A DNA stretch of 64,000 bases from the IMG/VR virus record IMGVR_UViG_3300044846_001307, positions 1 through 64,000 of that record; one strand, written 5' to 3'. Both the position numbers and the translations under genes were made by a program. Within the stretch, counting starts at the first letter, position 1, and each line of letters begins with the position of its first letter. The notes below the pieces were generated by a model. The model was given only the letters and a program-made list of their open reading frames with translations, ran no database searches and had not been told where the DNA came from. The stretch is from a virus. Shown in pieces: positions 19,390 through 30,600 of this stretch.

Positions 19390-19406
19390 ATTAATTATCA
19401 CTTGAG

Positions 19407-19435
19407 AAGGGTGAGTATATGCTCACCCTTTTTTT
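19407..19435 (+). terminator. intrinsic terminator
   Basis: AAGGGTGAGT-ATAT-GCTCACCCTT followed by TTTTT. Confidence 0.85.
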
Positions 19436-19473
19436 ATTTACTAAAAGGGGGAACAGCTTAACTGAACTAGCCT

Positions 19474-21378
19474 ATGAGAACACATTGGGTAATGGATTAT
19501 GAAACTCTTAGAAATTGTTTCATAGGGGTGTTTGAAGATGTAAAATCTGAACACCAAGAAGTGTTTGTATGTCACAAGTCTCAAAATGACATTGTGGACT
19601 TAATACACTTTCTAAAAAGAAATCAAAATTTAAATGAATGGCATATATCCTTTAATGGATTAGCATTTGACAGTCAAATAACTGAACACATTCTTCGTAA
19701 TGAAGATCAGTTAATTTATGGTTATGGGGATGGTGAAGAAATTGCAAGATGGATTTATGGTAAAGCACAAGAAGCTATCCAGAAAAGTAATGATAGGGAG
19801 TTTGCTACATTTAGTCCTAAAGATTTAAGCATTAGACAAATTGATGTCTTTAAACTTAACCATTGGGATAATCCTGCTAAGAGAAGTTCATTAAAGTGGA
19901 TTCAGTATACAATGGATTGGAAGAACATTATGGACATGCCAATACATCACACTACTGAAGTAGAGAGTTCTCAGATTCCTGAAATTATCAAGTATTGTAT
20001 TAATGATGTTAAGTCTACTAAGAAGATTATGCACTTAAGTAAAGAGCAAATTAATCTTAGGAAAGCATTAACAGAAGAATATGATATAGATTTGTTTTCA
20101 GCTTCAGAGCCTCGTATATCTAAAGAATTGTTTTTACATTTCTTAAGTAAAGAAACTGGTATAAAGAAGTATGATCTAAAACAGATGCGAACACAAAGGG
20201 ATCAGATTGTCTTTAAAGATATTATATTACCTTATATTGAATTTAAGACAGCTACGTTTCAAAATCTCCTAAAGAAGTTTCAAGAAGTGGTTTTATATCC
20301 CGGAGAAACTAAAGGAGGTTTTAAATATTCTGTCCAGTATAAAGGTGTAAAGACTGATTATGGTCTTGGTGGTATTCATGGTGCAAGGTCTAGTAAAGTT
20401 TACAACTCAACTGATGATATGATTATTATGAGCTCAGACGTTGTAAGTTTCTATCCTAATTTAGCAATTAGAAACAATTGGGCACCAGCACATTTACCAA
20501 AACAAGAATTTTCTCAACTGTATGAGTGGTTCTTTGAAGAAAGAAAAAAGATTCCAAAGTCTGATCCTAAAAATTATGTATACAAAATTATCTTAAACTC
20601 AACCTATGGGTTAAGTAATGATGAGAATAGTTTCCTGTATGATCCTCAATTTACAATGAGTATCACTATAAATGGTCAACTAAGTCTTAGCATGCTGTAT
20701 GAGATGATTTGTGAAGAGATTCCAGGTGCAGTTCCACTGATGCAGAATACAGATGGTCTTGAGACTATGATTCCTAGAGAATATGAAGCACAGTATATGG
20801 AGATTTGTGCAAGATGGGAAAAGATGACTAATCTTTTATTAGAACATGATAAGTATTCTAAGATTGTTCTGGGTGATGTCAACAATTATATTGCAGTAAA
20901 TGAAGCTGGTAAATCTAAATGTAAAGGTAGATTTGAGTATAAAGATCTTGCTCTTCATAAGAATAAAAGTTTTCTAGTAATACCTAAAGCATTGCATGCA
21001 TATTTTGTAGAAGGTGTTAAACCTGAAATATTTATAAAAGAAAATCTAAACATTTTTGATTTTTGTGGTGGAGTAAAAATTAAAGGAGATTGGAAGTTTG
21101 TTGAACGTAAAGTGACAAATGGTCTCTATGAAGAACAATCTTTACAACACACAATAAGATATTATATCTCTAAAACAGGGTCTAAAGTTATTAAAAAGAA
21201 TAACTCAGATCGTAGAGAAATCCAGGTAGAAGCTGGGAAATGGATGCAGAGTCTAATGATTGACTATGTAGAAAAACCATTTGAAGAATATGATATTAAC
21301 TATGATTACTATCTAGAGAAGATAAGAAAAGAAATAAATTCTCTAGAACCATTTTCAAACCAATTAAGTTTATTTTAA
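19474..21378 (+). CDS. polB: DNA polymerase family B with 3'-5' exonuclease
   Basis: Exo motifs DYE, FNGLAFD and YCINDV; polymerase motifs DVVSFYP, KIILNSTYG and NTDG. Confidence 0.93.
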   Translation: MRTHWVMDYETLRNCFIGVFEDVKSEHQEVFVCHKSQNDIVDLIHFLKRNQNLNEWHISFNGLAFDSQITEHILRNEDQLIYGYGDGEEIARWIYGKAQEAIQKSNDREFATFSPKDLSIRQIDVFKLNHWDNPAKRSSLKWIQYTMDWKNIMDMPIHHTTEVESSQIPEIIKYCINDVKSTKKIMHLSKEQINLRKALTEEYDIDLFSASEPRISKELFLHFLSKETGIKKYDLKQMRTQRDQIVFKDIILPYIEFKTATFQNLLKKFQEVVLYPGETKGGFKYSVQYKGVKTDYGLGGIHGARSSKVYNSTDDMIIMSSDVVSFYPNLAIRNNWAPAHLPKQEFSQLYEWFFEERKKIPKSDPKNYVYKIILNSTYGLSNDENSFLYDPQFTMSITINGQLSLSMLYEMICEEIPGAVPLMQNTDGLETMIPREYEAQYMEICARWEKMTNLLLEHDKYSKIVLGDVNNYIAVNEAGKSKCKGRFEYKDLALHKNKSFLVIPKALHAYFVEGVKPEIFIKENLNIFDFCGGVKIKGDWKFVERKVTNGLYEEQSLQHTIRYYISKTGSKVIKKNNSDRREIQVEAGKWMQSLMIDYVEKPFEEYDINYDYYLEKIRKEINSLEPFSNQLSLF

Positions 21379-21380
21379 TT

Positions 21381-22559
21381 ATGCCAAAGAAAATTCAACA
21401 CACAACAAAAGCAAATTTATTATCTATTGATTTGCCACAACATGGAGCTAGTTACACTGTAATTAGTCATGAATTTATTATTGATTATGCACACCAAGCC
21501 CTGTCTTCTGCAGGGTTTATAGTATTAGATGAGGAGTACAGATGTACTGCTGATGGACAAATTGCTCAAGGGATTTATAAACTAAACTATAATAATGATC
21601 CTGATTTAGCTATGATGTTTGCATGGACAAACAGTTATAATAAACAAGTAAAGTTTAAATGTGTAATTGGTGCTTATGTAAATAACACTGGTTCAGTTAT
21701 GATTTCTGGAGATATTGGTAGCTGGGTTAGAAAACATACAGGAACTGCAGATACAGAAACACAAGAGACAATAGATTCTTACATTTCTAATGCACACATG
21801 TACTACAATCAATTATGTAGTGACAAAGCTTCCATGGAAACAATCTCCCTAAATAAGAGAAAACAATCACAGCTATTGGGTGTACTATTTGCAGAGTATG
21901 AAATTCTAACAACTGAGCAAGCTAGTATGGTTAGAGATCAAATGAAGAAACCTTATCATGTATTTACTAATACAGATAGTTTATGGGCCTTTTACAACTA
22001 CATAACTATAGCTCTTCAGACATCACATCCTAAAACATGGATGGAGGATCAAAGAATATTACACTACTTTATTTCTAGTATTAATAACTTTGCACAGGCT
22101 CCAGCAGTTGTTGTTGTTCCTGTAGTAGAAGAGGTAGTTGTACCGGTTGTCTATTCAGATCCTAATCAAACAAACTTGTTAGATCAGATTGCTGATATGG
22201 AAGCTGATATCATAGATGAAGATATCAGATATGCTGCAAATGATGAAGAAGAAGTCATTGATCGTAATATTACGATAGATGAAGTAATTGATGAAGAAGT
22301 ACAGGAGTATGAATTCAAGGAAGAACAGGAAGACAAGGTATGTGATGAAACCATTATTTACACTGATCCAATGGGTAATACATTTGAGACAACTTCAATT
22401 GCTCCTTGTGCAGGACATGATACTGAAACAGAAAAAGAAATTGAAAAAGAAACTATTAAAGAAGTCACTGAAGATGAATTTGCAGCAGCAGATAATTTTG
22501 ATTTAGACTTCAATGAAGAAACTAATGAAGACCCGGATAGCATCCCGGACTTCTTTTAG
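21381..22559 (+). CDS. DUF932-like protein with long acidic C-terminal tail
   Basis: YTVISH, NSYNK, RKHTG and LWAFYNYIT motifs, then about 140 aa rich in D/E. Confidence 0.6.
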   Translation: MPKKIQHTTKANLLSIDLPQHGASYTVISHEFIIDYAHQALSSAGFIVLDEEYRCTADGQIAQGIYKLNYNNDPDLAMMFAWTNSYNKQVKFKCVIGAYVNNTGSVMISGDIGSWVRKHTGTADTETQETIDSYISNAHMYYNQLCSDKASMETISLNKRKQSQLLGVLFAEYEILTTEQASMVRDQMKKPYHVFTNTDSLWAFYNYITIALQTSHPKTWMEDQRILHYFISSINNFAQAPAVVVVPVVEEVVVPVVYSDPNQTNLLDQIADMEADIIDEDIRYAANDEEEVIDRNITIDEVIDEEVQEYEFKEEQEDKVCDETIIYTDPMGNTFETTSIAPCAGHDTETEKEIEKETIKEVTEDEFAAADNFDLDFNEETNEDPDSIPDFF

Positions 22560-22579
22560 TAATGAATAATTTATCAATT

Positions 22580-22608
22580 AAGGGGTGGTGGAAACTGCCC
22601 CTTTTTTT
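22580..22608 (+). terminator. intrinsic terminator
   Basis: AGGGGTGG-TGGAAA-CTGCCCCT plus T-tract. Confidence 0.8.
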
Positions 22609-22615
22609 AACTTTG
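22608..22615 (+). promoter_or_regulatory. Bacteroidota -7 box
   Basis: TAACTTTG 4 nt before ATG 22620. Confidence 0.55.
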
Positions 22616-22619
22616 TAAC

Positions 22620-23006
22620 ATGAAAAAACAACTAGAAGCAGTAGAAAAGTTCCATAATGCATTTGGACAAGAGAACGGTAAATATCCAAGACCTATTAGT
22701 AAAGATGACTATGATCTTAGATATAAGTTAATGGCTGAAGAAAACTATGAGTATCTTGAGGGATGTGAAGCTAATTCATTAGTAGAGATTGCTGATGCAT
22801 TGGGAGACCAACTATATATTCTTTGTGGGACAATTCTAAAACATGGTATGCAACATATCATACAAGATGTGTTTGATGAGATTCAAGCAAGTAACATGAG
22901 CAAGTTAGGAGAAGATGGTAAACCTGTTCTTAGAGACGATGGTAAAATTTTAAAAGGACCTGAGTACTTTAAACCAGACTTGACAAAATTTATTAAAGAA
23001 GACTGA
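22620..23006 (+). CDS. MazG-like/PRA-PH-like NTP pyrophosphohydrolase
   Basis: EENYEY, EIADALGDQLY, SNMSKL and DGKILK motifs. Confidence 0.88.
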   Translation: MKKQLEAVEKFHNAFGQENGKYPRPISKDDYDLRYKLMAEENYEYLEGCEANSLVEIADALGDQLYILCGTILKHGMQHIIQDVFDEIQASNMSKLGEDGKPVLRDDGKILKGPEYFKPDLTKFIKED

Positions 23007-23617
23007 TGTTTAGTATAAACCCAAATCAAAATAAAAGATTCTTTGTAGTAGATGACTTCTATGAAGATCCTATGGCAGTAAGAGAGCATGCATTAGCTCA
23101 AACATACTTTCCTGGAGAAGGTGCTGTTGGTGAAAGAACCCGTGATCAATTCTTATTTGAAGGTCTTAAGGAAAAGTTTGAAGAAATCATGCAAGTTAAA
23201 ATAGCTGATTTAACTGAAGACGGTTTTGGTTGGTATAATGTAGGGATTAATGGTAGATTCCAATCTTGTATTGGTGGTGTACCTCAAGTATTTCACTGTG
23301 ATGCACAGAAATGGGCAGGTGTAATATTTTTGACCCCAGATGCTCCTCCTCAATCAGGTACTAGCTTCTATAGAAACAAACAATCTAAAGTGTATCATAA
23401 TGAGCAAATTGATTGGACTGTAGGTGAGAATGGTAATGCATTTTCTAAGCATACATTTCTAGATCCTACTCCATTTGAGAGACAGGATACTGTAGGTAAT
23501 GTATTTAATAGACTAGTTATATTTGACGGAGGATTAATCCATTCAGGTAATGATTACTTTGGTCACAGTAGAGAAACTGGTAGATTATTCCAGATTTTCT
23601 TTTTTAATGAAATATGA
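23006..23617 (+). CDS. 2OG-Fe(II) oxygenase-like protein (DUF6445-like)
   Basis: VVDDFYEDP, HxD (HCD), GTSFY, NRLVIF...HS and terminal RLFQIFF. Confidence 0.75.
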   Translation: MFSINPNQNKRFFVVDDFYEDPMAVREHALAQTYFPGEGAVGERTRDQFLFEGLKEKFEEIMQVKIADLTEDGFGWYNVGINGRFQSCIGGVPQVFHCDAQKWAGVIFLTPDAPPQSGTSFYRNKQSKVYHNEQIDWTVGENGNAFSKHTFLDPTPFERQDTVGNVFNRLVIFDGGLIHSGNDYFGHSRETGRLFQIFFFNEI

Positions 23618-23985
23618 TGGAAGATAATACAGAAATATCTCAAGAGTTAATTACGTATATTACTTTATTATCTGCAATGCAGGTTGTACAGAATTGTACT
23701 CTTGAATTACAAGGTACAATTTATGACCAAGGAAAAGTAAAAATAAAAACTAGGGAAGCTCTTAATGCTATGACCCAACTGAATGATAAAAGAAAAAGAC
23801 AAATGTGGGATAATGATCCAATTATGGCACCTACATTTATGCAAGCTATTCATATCATAGGGGAGCAATTAGCAAAAGGTGATGGTACTGCATTAGCAAA
23901 CATCACAGCTCTGACAAGACAAGGTATTGATTTATCTAAATACAAACTGGTAGAAATAGAAGAAGATGAACAAAGCAATGATTAA
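23614..23985 (+). CDS. hypothetical protein
   Basis: 123 aa, ATGA-coupled to the upstream gene. Confidence 0.7.
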   Translation: MMEDNTEISQELITYITLLSAMQVVQNCTLELQGTIYDQGKVKIKTREALNAMTQLNDKRKRQMWDNDPIMAPTFMQAIHIIGEQLAKGDGTALANITALTRQGIDLSKYKLVEIEEDEQSND

Positions 23986-24151
23986 AAAGCTTATTATTGA
24001 AGCTTATCTCTCTGGTGCAGAATCTATGTACTGTGGATGTTATGAAAGACCAACAAAAGCTGAGGCTAGAGATTGGTATGATCAAGAATATGGTGTAGAA
24101 GATGCAGAAATCACGGAAGATTGTGATTGTTGTGAAGAAGAAGAAGATTAA
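23966..24151 (+). CDS. small acidic Cys-containing protein
   Basis: CGC...CDCC with acidic end. Confidence 0.6.
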   Translation: MNKAMIKKLIIEAYLSGAESMYCGCYERPTKAEARDWYDQEYGVEDAEITEDCDCCEEEED

Positions 24152-24153
24152 CT

Positions 24154-24510
24154 ATGATTTGGTACATAACTGAATGGAAAACCAATAAGAAGATAACTCT
24201 TCCTACTGGAACACTTCTTGATCTTACATTTATGGAAAAAGGTTGGGGTAATGGTTATGTTGCTATTCCTCCTACACATCCTGCATACAAAATGGATTGG
24301 GATACTATGTTATATGCCATAGATGTACATGGTGGAATTACATATAATGATTTTGGAGATGGTATAAGAGCACCAAAAGATTGGTGGGTTATTGGTTTTG
24401 ATACATCTCACTATGGAGACACTATGGAAAGATGGCCAAAAGAAGCTGTAGAAGCTGAAACAAAAAGATTATTTTGTCAATTACTTGACATAGAATTAGG
24501 GGGACTGTAA
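24154..24510 (+). CDS. phage hypothetical protein
   Basis: WGNGYVAIP..HP...DVHGGITY...WVIGFDTSH pattern. Confidence 0.75.
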   Translation: MIWYITEWKTNKKITLPTGTLLDLTFMEKGWGNGYVAIPPTHPAYKMDWDTMLYAIDVHGGITYNDFGDGIRAPKDWWVIGFDTSHYGDTMERWPKEAVEAETKRLFCQLLDIELGGL

Positions 24511-24528
24511 TGGTCCCCCTTTTTTTTT
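24498..24528 (+). terminator. terminator at the convergence of the two arms
   Basis: AGGGGGACT-GTAAT-GGTCCCCCT followed by a long T-run. Confidence 0.85.
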
Positions 24529-24533
24529 CCTTG

Positions 24534-24674
24534 TTACCTTCCTTGAGAATTATACTTCTTTTTATAATTCTTGGAGCTTTTAAGTTTTGATGACTTAGTT
24601 TTTGAATGTATCCCAGGACGTGATACCTTTACTTTATCATACGTTTTTGCTGATCCTGTTGTTGTTTTTGCCAT
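24534..24674 (-). CDS. 46-aa Lys/Ser-rich basic protein (not in ORF track)
   Basis: MAKTTTGSAKTYDKVKVSRPGIHSKTKSSKLKSSKNYKKKYNSQGR*; starts 2 nt after the stop of the 1978-aa gene. Confidence 0.75.
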   Translation of the reverse strand: MAKTTTGSAKTYDKVKVSRPGIHSKTKSSKLKSSKNYKKKYNSQGR

Positions 24675-24676
24675 TT

Positions 24677-27600
24677 TTAACTTCCTCTTTTAGAACTGTT
24701 TTTAACCATATTTTCAAATTGTGTAACTGGATCCCCAGTACCTCCGGATAAACCAAATATCTTACCTAATTTACTCCAAATCTTTAGTTCCCCTTCTTGT
24801 TTCCAAGAATAAGGTCCAGTATCTCTTTTATATCTATCCATTTCTGAAAATGTTACAAAGTCTAACACGTCTCCAAATATATCAATATAAAGTACAACTG
24901 TGTTATACCACGATGTTGTTGTTTGTGTAATCATCTTAACGTAGTCATCTGAACCAAAGTTAATTCCTTTTACATTAGGTAGTGGAACAAATGCACTAGA
25001 CTCTGCTTGTACCCCCATTGCTAATAACAACATGTGATTAGCTAAGAATCCGTATGTATTGAAACTATCTTCATTGATTGCACCAGACTTAGCTCTTAGT
25101 TTTTTCCATTTCTCATCATCTTCTGGATCAAATCCAAACAACATTAATGATAATAGAGCAAGACCAATAGCAAAGAATCCTTCACCGGCCATTTTTCTTA
25201 CAGCACCTTTTTCCTGGTCTGTTAAATAACTGTAGTTTTTAAAACCAGACTTCATAGTTTTAAGCATGGTTTGAAATGCAGTTATGTAAAAACCTTTACC
25301 ATAAGAAGTTGTAGCCCAATCATATCTGTCACCACCACCGGTCCATGAAATAGTTTTAGAATCAAAACCAAATCTATTCATCAACATTGGTGTAAACCAT
25401 TTTCTCATGAAGAAGAACATTCTGTAGAGTAATAACTTATTACCTTCAGGTTGTCCCATCTCATCATATGCACCAAATAACTTTCTAGAAGTTCCCTGGA
25501 TTCTATTCTTAAGTCCCATGAATAACTCTGACTTAGCAATAATAAGCTCTTGACCATCTTCAAGCTGCACTTCAGATTTAATCCTGTTCTTAGCTTTAAG
25601 TTCATCAACACTTATGTAATACTTCTTAGCTATTTCTGCTAAAGTCTCACCTTTAACATACTCATGATAAACTGCAAGATTATTCCATCCTGGGTGTACT
25701 CCTTTTTTAAGTCTGATAATTCCATCTTCATCTTTCTCCCAAGCTTCAATGTATCTTAATGCTTTCTTTGTACCATCACCAAGAATCTGATCTACTTTCT
25801 GACCATACATGAATGCACCAAACAATGAGACTGCAACTTGCATCTCACCAAATTTTCTGTGCATGTACATCCACTCCATGTTGACTAGATCTTTTACTAA
25901 TGATCTCTCAACCTCTCTACCGAATTGATCTTTAGATTTAAAGTTAGGATCAAAGATCTGAATCAACTGTGTAGATATAGCTCCAGGTCCTGTTTGATAG
26001 ATACCTTTTGTTGACCATTCTAACATAGCTTTTTCTGCCCAAGGTCTTGCTAATGCAATATCTTTAAGATTGATAAACTCAGCACCTGCACCTTCAATAA
26101 TTAACTGGACGTAACCACCATACTTGTTTTTCAAATCTGAAGGAATATTAACAGCTAATGAACCCATAGCAGATAAACCTTGAAGTTGATTTATCCATTT
26201 ACCAAAACCAGGGTGAGTTTCCTCAATACCTTCAACCATCTTACCATAGTACTCTCTTTCAATAAGAGATTTTACTTGACCAAGTCTATTGTTAGTAGCA
26301 AACTTTTTCTTTGCATTTGTTAGGGCCCCTTTCAAACTGTAGATGTTCTTATCAAACTTCTCTAATTCTTTAGGAGCATTATCAGGATCCTCTAAAGTGT
26401 CCAAGATACTTTGCACAAGAGGTAAGCTTTCTAAAAGTTTTCCTTGTGTTTGTACAGACAACGCATATCTAAATAAACCTTGGAAGATATCAGCATCTTG
26501 TACTTCAATATCTAAGTTATAGATACCAGATACAGGAACGTATGATATTTGATTTCCATCAAGATCCGTGTTTACTAAGTTGTTTTCAGGATTGTAGTTC
26601 AAGTCATTCTCAGCATCCATTACAGATTTACCTAATGCTTGTTTGTACCACTCCTTTACATTTGCCCCTAATTCAGAGAACCTCTGACCGTAAGCACCTT
26701 TTTGAATAGCTTGGTAGATGTCTCCTTTTTTAAGAGCATATCTAGGCATGTCAAGATACAACTTACTATAACTACTCTGACCTTTCTGATTATCTAAATG
26801 GTATTCCTTAATTGCTTCAAGTAACTTAAATTCATTACTGTTAGCAGCTTGCATTTGAAAGTACTTCTCATTCATGAATCTGTTATCAAGAGCACTGTAT
26901 TTTGAATTTGGTTCATAAAGTCTAGGTAACCATTGATTCTTATTATCAATGTACTTACCTATATACTCTGACTTGTCTGCTCCAAAAGGAATAGTTCTAT
27001 ACTCATCTTTAACCTGATATCTAGAGTGTCTTGCATTTGGTGTACCCATAAGAACAACCTCGTCTCCGTTTCTGTCTAAGATTCTAGTAAACTTGATGTT
27101 ACTTTCATCTTTAGGTACAGACACAGTATTGGCTTTTGTTCTTTTATATCTAGCAATGTAAGCTCTAGATGGTTTATCATACTGTTGTACAACATAGTGA
27201 TTAGTTTCAAACCAACTCTTAAATGCATCATCTGCATCTAGAATTTCTTCAAACTCTTCAGTATTAATAAAGTCATCAATCTCATCAATCTCCAACTCTT
27301 TAATATTTTGCTTAGATAAATTATAGTTTAATGTCTCTAAGTAATATGTAGTAGGTATGTTTACTGATAAGTCAGATAACTCTGAGAAGATATCTTGGAT
27401 TCTAGCGGCATCTTCAGGACTTATTCCCTGGTCATTTAACAAGTCTAATAGATACATATATCTTTTAGATTCTGCAGACCCTGCTTGTAGTAATCCTTTT
27501 CTAGCTTTTTCTGACAGTTCTCTCAACTCTTCAGAGTCTTCTTTAGAGAGACCTGTGGAAGAATCAAATCTGAATTTGAAATCTGCAATAGATTGTTCCA

Positions 27601-30600
27601 AGTCTCTGATTCTCTCAAGTCTTGTTTTACCCATAGCACCACTATCAGGTTCTCCTTGCTCATCCCTGTAACTGTAGATTAGATCATTAATAGTTTTAAA
27701 TGCTTCAGCTACATCAAATTTAGATTTGGTAGCTTCATTCATTCTAGTTTGCAGTTCTCTAAGTTCTGTTATCAATGCATTTCTACTTTCCCAGTACTTA
27801 GGATCGTATTCCATTCTTAGATTCTGTCTTCTCCATTTTTCTAACTCAGCTTTAAAGTCTGCTGAACCAGGGGAGATTCCTTTAGTTTCTAATAAATCTG
27901 CAAACTCATTGTATGCACTTTGTAGTAATCCTTCAATAGGTCTCCACTCATAGAAACCTTTTGTAGCGGCTCTGTGTTCTTGTAAAACTTCAGCAATGCT
28001 TAAGTCATAGATTCCATTCTCCGGATCATCTACTTTAGAAGTACCATCTTCATAAGTAAGAGAATATAATTGTTGAAACTCTCTGAATGCAGCTTGAATA
28101 GTAGAGTATTTTTCAAATCTCTCATACTCATTCTCCATACTGTTTAGTAAGTTGTTGTAAGCTTGTAGCTTTTGCTTTCTAACAAAGTATGCTAATTTAC
28201 CTACCTCAGACTTTTTAAAGATATCATCTTTCTCATAGAATTCTGGCACATATTCTTGCCACATGAAGTCTCTTTTAAACTGTTCAAACTCCATAACTGC
28301 ATCAGCAAGTTTTGTTTGATCTTCAGTTTTCTTTGCTTCTTCAATGTTCCACTCTAATAAATCATAATGGTATCTGTAGTCTTTGTATTTATCAAGATAA
28401 GCATAAACTTCTTTCTCAATAGGTTTACCTGTTTCTTTATCAAAATACATTATCTTATCTTTGAACCCAAGCTTTTCTCTTAACTGAATAGAGTTAAGTT
28501 TGCTGAATCCTACTTTAGGTAGAAGTTCTTCTAGTTTTTTTCTAAACTTCATAGACTGCTCCCAAACAACGTTTTGAACTTGAGTTCTCTCATTCTGAAT
28601 AAACATTGCTAATGGTCCTACTATAACATCATTACTTGAACTATAGCTTTCCAACCATCTATTGAACCAGGTAACATCCTGTGCACCTCCTGTAAGAGCT
28701 GCTCGGATCTTATCCTCATCAACTACTAAGTCTTTGTATTCTTTTAAAAACCCTTTTAAAACATCCGCGGGAATACCTTTCTGTACTAATGCATCCACAT
28801 CAGCATCTGTAAGAGTTTGTTGAACAACTTTATTATATAAGTCATCAACTTCTTTCTCTAACTGATCTGCAGAGAAAGTTTGTTTTAATGCAATACCAAG
28901 GTTTCCTTTAAGTCTATCTTGAATATACTTAGACATGTATCCAGTAATCTCCACATAGAACTGTACGTTATTGTTCTTAAGGATATTTGCAATATTGGTA
29001 TTGATTCTTGTAATGTTTAATACAATCTCATTCAAGGTTTGATAGAAAGGATTACTACTTTCAATCAATTGACCTTCTGATGAAAGAGATTCATCAATTG
29101 CTTGAATCATTTTCAACCATGCTTTTGAATTTTGTTTGTATAACATTAACAAAGCAATAGTACTTCTATTGTTTATATTGGTATTGCTGATTCTTGAAAC
29201 ATCAAGTAACATGTTTTGGGTCATGCTGTTGATATTATCTAATGTATTTACCAATGCTACTGCTCTTTGAAGATCTACATCTAGGGCCCCTTTGGCAGCA
29301 TCTAATGCATTTTGAATCATCTGATCTTCTGTAAAACTTTCAGTGTCTACATTAAGATTGTCTTTTAGTGTGCTAACCACCTCACGTAGATATCTGTTTG
29401 TTCCCTGTTCAAATAATGAATCCTTTAAGAATTTTCTTGATGCTTTGTCTCCTTTAAAGTTCTCAGCTTCTGTAAGAATTCTTCTATTAGTTTCATATAT
29501 TTCACGGACCACTTTAAGTTGTGACTCAGCATTAGAGAACTTGTTAAGTTCTTTTGCTCGGTCAACAACATTCCGTGAGAACATAACCAGATCTTCTTCT
29601 GTAATATTGTCTGTGTTAAACTCAAACTCTTTATCCAAGAGCATATCAGCTAACTCCTCTAGAGTAGTATCAACATCTAGTTTAGCAACGTTTACTTTAT
29701 TCCCAAACAATTTTCTTAATAGCTGTTTAATAGCAGCCATAAGTTTGTTCATGAAACTTTGGAAACCTTCTGTTTCTATTTCATTGTTTATTCTATTAAG
29801 TGCTTTCAACTGCATTGCGTATGCTAGCACTTCTTCTTTGAATAGATCAGAGTTCTCTTCTAGTTCAGGATAGTTATTTAATACATAGTATTTAATACCT
29901 TGACCTTCTTCTGTAGCTAATGCTTGATCATATAGTTTCTGAAATAGGATGTTGTTTGTCTTTCTCAGGCCTTGGAGAACCGGGTGAGAGAATTCGTGAA
30001 GTACAGTTCTTACATTTACATTATCACCTACTATATAAACAGTACCAGCATAATAAAATGCGGGTTCTCCATTGTATTTAACGGCTCTATTCTTTAAAAT
30101 GTTTGCTGCTTCGTCTTGTGTAATAGTTTCAAATTGTGCACCAATACCTTTAGATAATCTTTGTGCAAGTACTTCAGCAATTTCTCTTGATCTTTCGTTT
30201 TGTAACTCATCAAGTTTTACATCCATAAATAATACACCATTAATCTCTTGTAAAGATTGATCTACTTTAGGATTATCTAAAGCTGGCATATCTTTCATCA
30301 TCATTGCATCATCTGGTCTTGCATTATACAAGTCCTGCAATCTCTCAAAAAGTTTTACATTAGGTTCAGCTCTAAGTACTCTATACTTTGCATCTCTCCA
30401 GTATGTAGATCTTTGTGGATCTACATGCTCAGACATATTAGTACTAAATAACTTAGTACCATCAGTTTTTAGACCATACTTTGTTTCAGCTAATGCTGTT
30501 ATCTGATCATTTAACTTATCAAAAAGATCTTCATTGATGATTCTTCTCACATCATTTGTAGCTCCTTTATCTTGTAAAAACTTTATTGAATTTAATTGTA

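Noticed and set aside
596-23089. Short - strand or off-frame ORFs in the left arm (e.g. 596-781, 7624-7839, 12829-13188, 14123-14473, 18879-19193)
   Set aside because: They overlap well-supported + strand genes and show no motifs.
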